Positions 52,166-58,309 of a stretch of 58,309 nucleotides of DNA are shown one piece after another. The notes under the pieces are model-generated. The model did no database searches, was not told where the DNA came from, and saw nothing but the letters and a program-made list of their open reading frames with translations. Numbering within the stretch: the first letter of the stretch is position 1; each line of letters opens with the position of its first letter. The stretch comes from Candidatus Omnitrophota bacterium (lineage in GTDB: Bacteria; Omnitrophota; Gorgyraeia; JABMQH01): NCBI GenBank assembly GCA_013203355.1, contig JABMQH010000075.1, forward strand, positions 1-58,309, in the 5' to 3' direction. The position numbers and the translations under genes are program-made.

Positions 52166-55100
52166 TTTTTAAACACTCTCCTAAAAGGTTTCTTAAAATA
52201 CTTCAGGAAATCCTCTCTGATCCTCGCAAAATGGATAGGGCTGGTTTTGAATTCTTCCTTATCCATAAATCGGTCTGTATCCCCGAATGCCGTCCTTGTC
52301 TGCGTGGATTTTTTACGCACCGGATATTTCCCTGCAGGCGTATCCTTGGTTCTTGAGAACATATATTCCAAATTAAGTGAAGTGATCAAAGGGATCAATC
52401 TTCGGTCTCTTGCGATTTTAATCAAGGTGTTCCTATCTAACCGTACAGATTCTAACCTGGTTAGATCTGTCAGGATAGGATAGTCCGCAAATAGGCTTTG
52501 TAAGTCTAGCTCCGTCATAAACGGCTCAAGCAAGCCGTCTATATCTTCTATCTTGTCCACGTCGAGTATCACGCCGTATGGCACTCCAAGGTCGCTTAAT
52601 TTCTTTTCCATCATATCCCGCTCAACAGATACAACTAATATATCTCTCCTGCCCATACCCCCTAACTTCTCCTGTACGGCTTGAATCATTCCTGCAGTTG
52701 CCTTTTCCTGAGGGATACCTATTACAAGAGAGGTCTTGCGGGTTTTTGGTATAACCTGTGTAATCTTAAATGACGAGGATAGTTCCATCCTTCCGGCAAG
52801 TTCTACAATAGGAAGTTCTCTTATGACGTCGGTTGCACTTATCGGTGGTTTTAATTCTCCAACTAATGGCTTTGCTTGTGGTGTTTGCTGCTGGATTTCA
52901 GCCTTTGCACCAGCCCAAAATTCTCCATCACTTGCTATCTGCTCTCTAGTTCTGCCAGAAGACCTATAGAAACTTGGATATAGCCCTTCAAGTCCTCCTC
53001 TTTCTAACAGGTCATAAATACTAATAAGCAGAATATGGGGATCGGCAGACACGCCTGATTCGAATCTCGTGACGTGTCTTGCTATTGCTTCATCTGCGGA
53101 CACTCCAGATTGCCTAATACTGTTCTCAGCCCTCCCTCTTAACAACCCGATATTTTGTTTCAATATTGTATCAGCATTTATGAATTCTTCATTAAATATG
53201 GCTATTATCTCCCTGCGAACTTCGGGGTTCTCCCATCCATCAATATAATTTCTTAAATACGTAAGCTCTCCCACATCTATAAATTGATCTTGAAGTACAT
53301 CTGGTACATCTGGTGGAATCTCTGCTATAACCTGTTGTGGATAATCTTCAAAATCATCAACATCGCAAAGACTATGGGCATGATCTATAATAGTTACGTC
53401 TCCTGTATCTCTATTTACGAGCATGTCGGGTGGATGAACTCTGGTAAATACAACTTCTCTTCCCCGCGCAAGTCTAGCCATATTTCTTATAAAATTCCTA
53501 GCTACTTCATTTTGGTTGGCATAACTTATTTTTTGATCTTCTGGTAGCTCGTTAGCACTAAGTCGCTCACCCGCAATCCTTGGTGCCATAGCACCCCTAA
53601 CACCTCCTAAAGTAAATATGTTATAAGTATTATATATCCCGCATGCCATAAGTAATTCGCTAGTAGCTCGACGTTGTTCAGGCCAGCTGCCATAAAATAC
53701 AGTCTCTATACTCCTCCCATCTCTTGTATTAAATGTTACAAAGTACGTAGAGCGGTCATTGCCTCCTGCAAATATCACTTCTCCTATAGGATTATTTGGA
53801 TCCAAATTAGCTGCTTCCTCTCCAAGATAGGTCAGTACAAGTCTTGTTAATTCATTTGAATCCAGCCTATATACATCTTTATATGTATGAGGATATTTCG
53901 TAAAATCAGGTTCTTGCGTAAAGGATTCGAATATATGTCGGTTTTGTTCTAGTGCATCTCTTAAAGCCCTACCTCTCGTCTCTTCTTCTGTCATTTTCTC
54001 TGCTGTTCTGGAAAAATCTGCAATCCAGCCTTCAACTACCTTACCAATACAAACCACTAGCCCAAATTGACCTTTCTCAGCGAGTACCCTCGCTTCCATT
54101 AAAGCGCTAACCACAAAATTCGCAACAAAACCAGGCGAGGTCTTATCGATAAACACATTGAATTCAGGATGTGCGCTAATACTTCTGGACAACGTAGGTA
54201 TTACACTCGCCACGTCGCCTGCGGTAGGCAAATCATCACGTCTTGCCATAGCAATATAATTTCTAATTTCATCAGAAATTCTATCCGAAGACAAAAATGC
54301 CACCATTTCCGCTTCCCTTTCATCAAATGTCTTGACTTCTATACATGAATTAATAATACCTTGTGAGGAAAATTCTGCATCACGTCTTCCGATAACACGT
54401 AATCTGCCTAAATAAGCTTCGTATGCACCAGGATCAATTGCCCCTGCTTGGAAAGTGGCATTTATATCCCTAATCAGTGCTGTTGCCGTCGCTATCATAT
54501 GGAAATTTACATGATGGCTGCGCTTACTTGACCCAAAGAACTCGACATTACTATCGAGCTTGTCTATCCTAGCATCTATTGTCTCACCCATACCAGCAGC
54601 CGACATAGCGGCAGCTGCAACCACTGTTTCACCTTTTCTGTCAGCTGCAGCTTGACCCTTTGGCTTTTTTTCGGTTTCAATAACTGCGGGTTTCCCAAGA
54701 CGCTCGATCGACGGAACCAAGTAAAATCTTACCTCTTCTGTGGTGGTCTCTTGCGTCTTTGTGCTGGCCTCATAGGTGTCTTCTTCTGTTACGTCTATTA
54801 CATTTTCAAATTCTACACGGCCGGCTATTACATCTGCTGCTGTAAGCTTTGTATTCCTTTCAGTTCTTGAAAGCGAGCGTATACCGACACCGACAGGAAC
54901 CAGCATGCGTTGTGTCCTTCCTGAAACCTTTACATCTTTACCAACATAAAGGTGATGCGCAACTAAATATTTTCTATGCTTTGCCCGTTCTTCTGGATCA
55001 GGATATTGGTCTGCTATGCGTGCTTCATTCTCTGGGTCAACGCCTAACTCCCTCGGTTGCTCGTTAACAACGGTTCTGCCTTCTTCGTATGCTACCGTGA

Positions 55101-58100
55101 CAATATCGGCTCCGTTGTAAGCAACAGCGCCCTCACTTCCAACAACCTCATCATAGTTAACTTCTTCCTCACCGTCTAATTTCCCTTTTCTCTGCACCAA
55201 ACGTTCTCTTAAATGCCAAGTCTTGGTCTGTGGATCCTGTACGACATCTCCGCTCGGCCGGACAGCGCCTTTTACGTACCTTCCATTAGCAGCCCTTCTT
55301 AATTGAGATGGCAACATAATAGGCATAGTCTTGTCTTTTCCATCTTTTACCTTTACCTTTGCGTCACCAACAGCCGGCTTTCCGAGTTCCAGCGCCCTTT
55401 CAATGGCGGGCTGGCCTTTACCGGAAGATACAGAGGAAGGTAGACCTTTTTCTACTCCCTGTTCTGCTTGTTTTGTTCTACGCGCCCAGAAACCTTGCAA
55501 GGCCTTGCAATACTCTGCGCGTGTGCGGGTGCCGGTTACAAGATATCTGCCAGCAATAGGTGTCTCTGCGCCACGTGCAAGCGTACTCAAGTGGTCTGAC
55601 ATTGCTTTTGCAAATTGAAGCTCCAGCGCAGCCTGATTTGCCTGCGCTTGCTTGTATTTATCATTTGCTGCCTCAGCTTCTTGGTCCGTCGTGGCCCTTA
55701 TTGCTTCCAGGCGATAATCAATGAGCCGGCGCGCGCCATTCATCAGCACTATATATTGCTTAAGTAATGGCACTAGTGCGGCAGGTTTATACATAAGATC
55801 CTTCTCTGTTTGGTTCATTTCAGTAGTAATCCGTTCGCTCTCTAATTCCAAGAGTTCTTCTTCGTGATCTGCTAAAGCGTCAAGGCGGGCAGGTACCTCA
55901 CCTGGACTCATATATTCGATACGGCCTGATTGAAGCGGTATTAAATTCTCAACGTCAAAATAAGGAGTCTCTATAATCCTATGTGAATTAACAACCCATC
56001 TGGCTATCATGCCGTTATATGTCCCTCTTGTTTGCGGAATAGCCGCTTGTGCCCTGGCTGCTTGTTTCTTAAAGTATTCAATACCTTCCGCTGCTTCTCG
56101 AGCCTGGCGTTTAGTCCGGCTAACATGCATCCATGCCTGAAGCTCAGCTCGATTCATCCGTGCCTGCTGCATTAGATGCCCTATTCTGGCGCGGTCAGCC
56201 TGATGTGCTAATTTGTAGTTTGAACCCCCCATTAAACTTCGATAGCCAGTAGCCTGACTCTTGCCATAAGCCTGCATAACTTGTGCCTGGCCAATTTCAA
56301 GTTGGGCAAGCCCATATTGCAATCTGGATATATCGCGTTGAAACTCAATATAGTCAAGGCCTCCCCACGCTTTATTTACCGCCGCCAAAGACCTTTGGTA
56401 TTCCCCTCTGGCTTCGTCTACCCTTGCTGCTTGTTGTCCGGCAGCCTGGACCGCCCTGTAGATATTGCTGCGGGCATGGAAGATTAAAAGACGAGCGCCA
56501 TATTCATGATCTATATCCAGCTCTTCATTTCGTTCGGGCAAAGATGGGGCAAGGGTCCCTCCAAGTTCTGAGATTTCCACCATTATTTTCTCAATTAGTT
56601 CACTGTGCCTGCGCGCAAACCTGATACGCTGGAACTCATCTAATCTCCCTTCTTTATCCTTAGCCGGTTCAACACGCGCCGGGCCGTGATATGTGCGCAG
56701 TTCCTCTTCTTCTTTTTTTATGATGATAATATTTAAGCGCTGTTCGGCAATAACTGCCTTATTAATATCTTGTTGGGCATCGAGGCGTTCTTTGTCTGTA
56801 GTCGCATTATTAAGCTTTCTTAGCCCTTTCAAGGCATCCCTTTGCGCCTCTAATAATGCAATGCGTGTTTCATAATCAGCGATCCTTTGCCGTATTGGAG
56901 TTATCATTGAATGTGTCTGATTAGCGAATCTGCCGATCACCTCCTCCTCTGATTTTTTCTTGCTTTCAAAATGTGCGATTTCAGAATCTAAAACCGATAT
57001 CTTATAATCTAATAATGCATTCCGCGCGGGGACAAAAGTCTCGCGTATCAGTTTTTCCCTTTCCTGCTTAGTAAGTGTTGGCCGCCCTGGCTGCGATATA
57101 AACGCCTCCTGTGCAGAGTGGATGTTACGGCCTCCTTCGGGGAGAAATAAAAGTCCCTGGCTGAGTAATTTCTCGTTCAGTTCTCTTTCGTGCTTAGCGC
57201 GGTCATAAGCATGCCTTGTTTCTCTTTCAAAACCTATCAATAATGATGAAGTATCGCCAAAGCGTCCGCTAGTTCTTATGAAAAGATCTCTGACCCTTGG
57301 CAGATGTGCCTTCATAAAAGCGCTATTCTTAGATTCAAATTCTTCTACTCTTTTAAGATAGCTACGGGTAGTGCCTGCAATATCCTGCCATAATACGTGT
57401 GCTGTTTTCTCATCACCCGAATTACGTGCTTCATAATATTGCGGTAAAAGCAAATTCATCCTTCGCTGGAACCAGCCATCCAGTTCCCGTTTATAGGAAA
57501 TAGCGCGAGACTGTCGAGCTAATAACATTCCCATGGGATCATTGACAAGACCTAGCTGTCCAAGTCGCTCAAGCTCATCTTTAGCGCTTGGTGGCGCTTC
57601 TGCGCCTAAAGCTCTAACGGTCACGCTAGGTGCTATAGCAACCCCAGCGGCTGCGGCAACAGCTTCCCTTATAAAGTCACGCCGACTTATTCTGAAATCA
57701 GCCGGCATAGCCGGTGGCTGTACGCCAATTTTACCCTGCGCATACTTTAAGAACTCTGCCTCATATTCCAGTATTGCCCTTGCGTCGCCTCTTAGTTGTG
57801 CAGGTACTGTCCTGTCTTCTCTTGAAAAAGACTCAAGTATCCTTAGGGCTTGTGGAGTTCCTTCCTGTGCGAGTTGGTCTAAGTACCATTTATGGAATGC
57901 GCTTATATGTTCTCCTTCATTTATAAAGTTCCTTGAGCCCTGGGCAGCGTATCTGTGTCTTAGTTGGGGTGGTATATTTCTTTCTGGTTCTGCTGCTTCT
58001 ATGTTTTCCTTATATTCATGATCTATTAGTTCATCAAGCATGTTCTCATTGGAAGTTAGTTCATCGAAGTATCCTTCGGTTACATATATATGTACTTCTC

Positions 58101-58309
58101 CATCTACTACCCCTGCGTGTGCGTTTACCATCTCTGTTATACTTGTTGCGCCGTCTTTCCTTGGTATGCCCATACCAGAGGTTTCATCTGTCTTCTTCAA
58201 TACGTGGATCTTTACTGTGGTTTCTCCTACCTGTTGGGTGTGCTGTACGGTTGAAGGGGTGCGGGCTATTACTTCATTTATATGTTCCTGTTCAGCTGTT
58301 GATGCGCCG
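52153..58309 (-). CDS. giant protein (>2051 aa), 5' end outside the window: 1107-aa-like core plus a ~790-aa C-terminal extension with a possible kinase-like fold
   Basis: The track begins at a TTG (58200), but the same frame stays open through 58201-58308 (GASTAEQEHINEVIARTPSTVQHTQQVGETTVKIHV). It contains an internal ISRRDFIREAVAAAAGVAIAP motif and is collinear with the 1107-aa protein. Confidence 0.7.
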   Translation of the reverse strand, partial: GASTAEQEHINEVIARTPSTVQHTQQVGETTVKIHVLKKTDETSGMGIPRKDGATSITEMVNAHAGVVDGEVHIYVTEGYFDELTSNENMLDELIDHEYKENIEAAEPERNIPPQLRHRYAAQGSRNFINEGEHISAFHKWYLDQLAQEGTPQALRILESFSREDRTVPAQLRGDARAILEYEAEFLKYAQGKIGVQPPAMPADFRISRRDFIREAVAAAAGVAIAPSVTVRALGAEAPPSAKDELERLGQLGLVNDPMGMLLARQSRAISYKRELDGWFQRRMNLLLPQYYEARNSGDEKTAHVLWQDIAGTTRSYLKRVEEFESKNSAFMKAHLPRVRDLFIRTSGRFGDTSSLLIGFERETRHAYDRAKHERELNEKLLSQGLLFLPEGGRNIHSAQEAFISQPGRPTLTKQEREKLIRETFVPARNALLDYKISVLDSEIAHFESKKKSEEEVIGRFANQTHSMITPIRQRIADYETRIALLEAQRDALKGLRKLNNATTDKERLDAQQDINKAVIAEQRLNIIIIKKEEEELRTYHGPARVEPAKDKEGRLDEFQRIRFARRHSELIEKIMVEISELGGTLAPSLPERNEELDIDHEYGARLLIFHARSNIYRAVQAAGQQAARVDEARGEYQRSLAAVNKAWGGLDYIEFQRDISRLQYGLAQLEIGQAQVMQAYGKSQATGYRSLMGGSNYKLAHQADRARIGHLMQQARMNRAELQAWMHVSRTKRQAREAAEGIEYFKKQAARAQAAIPQTRGTYNGMIARWVVNSHRIIETPYFDVENLIPLQSGRIEYMSPGEVPARLDALADHEEELLELESERITTEMNQTEKDLMYKPAALVPLLKQYIVLMNGARRLIDYRLEAIRATTDQEAEAANDKYKQAQANQAALELQFAKAMSDHLSTLARGAETPIAGRYLVTGTRTRAEYCKALQGFWARRTKQAEQGVEKGLPSSVSSGKGQPAIERALELGKPAVGDAKVKVKDGKDKTMPIMLPSQLRRAANGRYVKGAVRPSGDVVQDPQTKTWHLRERLVQRKGKLDGEEEVNYDEVVGSEGAVAYNGADIVTVAYEEGRTVVNEQPRELGVDPENEARIADQYPDPEERAKHRKYLVAHHLYVGKDVKVSGRTQRMLVPVGVGIRSLSRTERNTKLTAADVIAGRVEFENVIDVTEEDTYEASTKTQETTTEEVRFYLVPSIERLGKPAVIETEKKPKGQAAADRKGETVVAAAAMSAAGMGETIDARIDKLDSNVEFFGSSKRSHHVNFHMIATATALIRDINATFQAGAIDPGAYEAYLGRLRVIGRRDAEFSSQGIINSCIEVKTFDEREAEMVAFLSSDRISDEIRNYIAMARRDDLPTAGDVASVIPTLSRSISAHPEFNVFIDKTSPGFVANFVVSALMEARVLAEKGQFGLVVCIGKVVEGWIADFSRTAEKMTEEETRGRALRDALEQNRHIFESFTQEPDFTKYPHTYKDVYRLDSNELTRLVLTYLGEEAANLDPNNPIGEVIFAGGNDRSTYFVTFNTRDGRSIETVFYGSWPEQRRATSELLMACGIYNTYNIFTLGGVRGAMAPRIAGERLSANELPEDQKISYANQNEVARNFIRNMARLARGREVVFTRVHPPDMLVNRDTGDVTIIDHAHSLCDVDDFEDYPQQVIAEIPPDVPDVLQDQFIDVGELTYLRNYIDGWENPEVRREIIAIFNEEFINADTILKQNIGLLRGRAENSIRQSGVSADEAIARHVTRFESGVSADPHILLISIYDLLERGGLEGLYPSFYRSSGRTREQIASDGEFWAGAKAEIQQQTPQAKPLVGELKPPISATDVIRELPIVELAGRMELSSSFKITQVIPKTRKTSLVIGIPQEKATAGMIQAVQEKLGGMGRRDILVVSVERDMMEKKLSDLGVPYGVILDVDKIEDIDGLLEPFMTELDLQSLFADYPILTDLTRLESVRLDRNTLIKIARDRRLIPLITSLNLEYMFSRTKDTPAGKYPVRKKSTQTRTAFGDTDRFMDKEEFKTSPIHFARIREDFLKYFKKPFRRVFKKWAS
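52451..52474. repeat. second copy of the 23-mer seen at 281-303, including the 15-bp palindrome TCTAACC-T-GGTTAGA
   Basis: CTAACCTGGTTAGATCTG-t-CAGG matches 281-303 (CTAACCTGGTTAGATCTG-g-CAGG): 18 nt exact and 22 of 23 overall, in the same orientation. Here it lies inside coding sequence. Confidence 0.6.

Noticed and set aside
281-52474. The two 23-nt direct repeats as attL/attR ends of an integrated ~52 kb island.
   Set aside because: There is no integrase, recombinase or tRNA target. The interval contains core-type genes (htpX, speB, pdaD, mutase). One copy also sits inside a coding region that continues seamlessly across it.
1-58309. Known anti-phage defence systems, toxin-antitoxin pairs, secretion-system ATPases, CRISPR arrays, tRNA/rRNA genes and IS elements.
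   Set aside because: I saw no Walker-A ATPase/helicase/nuclease gene sets, no regularly spaced repeats, no cloverleaf-sized conserved intergenic segments (the longest spacer is ~285 nt and is occupied by divergent promoters), and no transposase-like ORFs.

Overview
This 58.3 kb window is almost entirely coding, with about 33 genes, nearly all on the minus strand. The DNA is bacterial and looks moderately AT-rich by eye. I found no rRNA, tRNA, CRISPR array, transposase or integrase. The gene content (pyruvoyl arginine decarboxylase, a TMTC-like TPR glycosyltransferase, multi-kb ORFs) suggests an uncultivated lineage. Omnitrophota-like is only a guess and cannot be tested here.

Left third (0.3-19.5 kb): mostly ordinary genes.
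- pdaD-speB polyamine pair, a MetE-like protein and htpX.
- A translationally coupled GH94 disaccharide phosphorylase and phosphohexomutase.
- A ROK regulator, a GH42-like TIM barrel, a CUT1 sugar ABC importer, a HAD hydrolase and an SSS symporter.
- The ABC importer is unusual: the binding protein is fused to one permease, and a CBM-like domain is inserted in the other.

Right two thirds: an unusual accessory region.
- A 3749-aa signal-anchored megaprotein contains a complete but heavily expanded GlmS-type amidotransferase, whose nucleophile Cys is buried at residue 980. It also carries a second SIS pair and two DUF4954 beta-helix modules.
- A stand-alone DUF4954 gene sits next to nagB.
- A leaderless six-gene operon encodes exported proteins built from a repeated CBM-like jelly-roll module and a repeated GH-A-like TIM barrel.
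- A further operon encodes a >2051-aa protein (open at the window edge), an HD-GYP protein, a 1107-aa paralog of that protein, and a 1728-aa fusion of a UAP1-type UDP-sugar pyrophosphorylase with a phosphohexomutase.

Taken together, the megaproteins carry a whole UDP-HexNAc pathway on secreted-looking polypeptides. I consider this the most likely novel system in the window.
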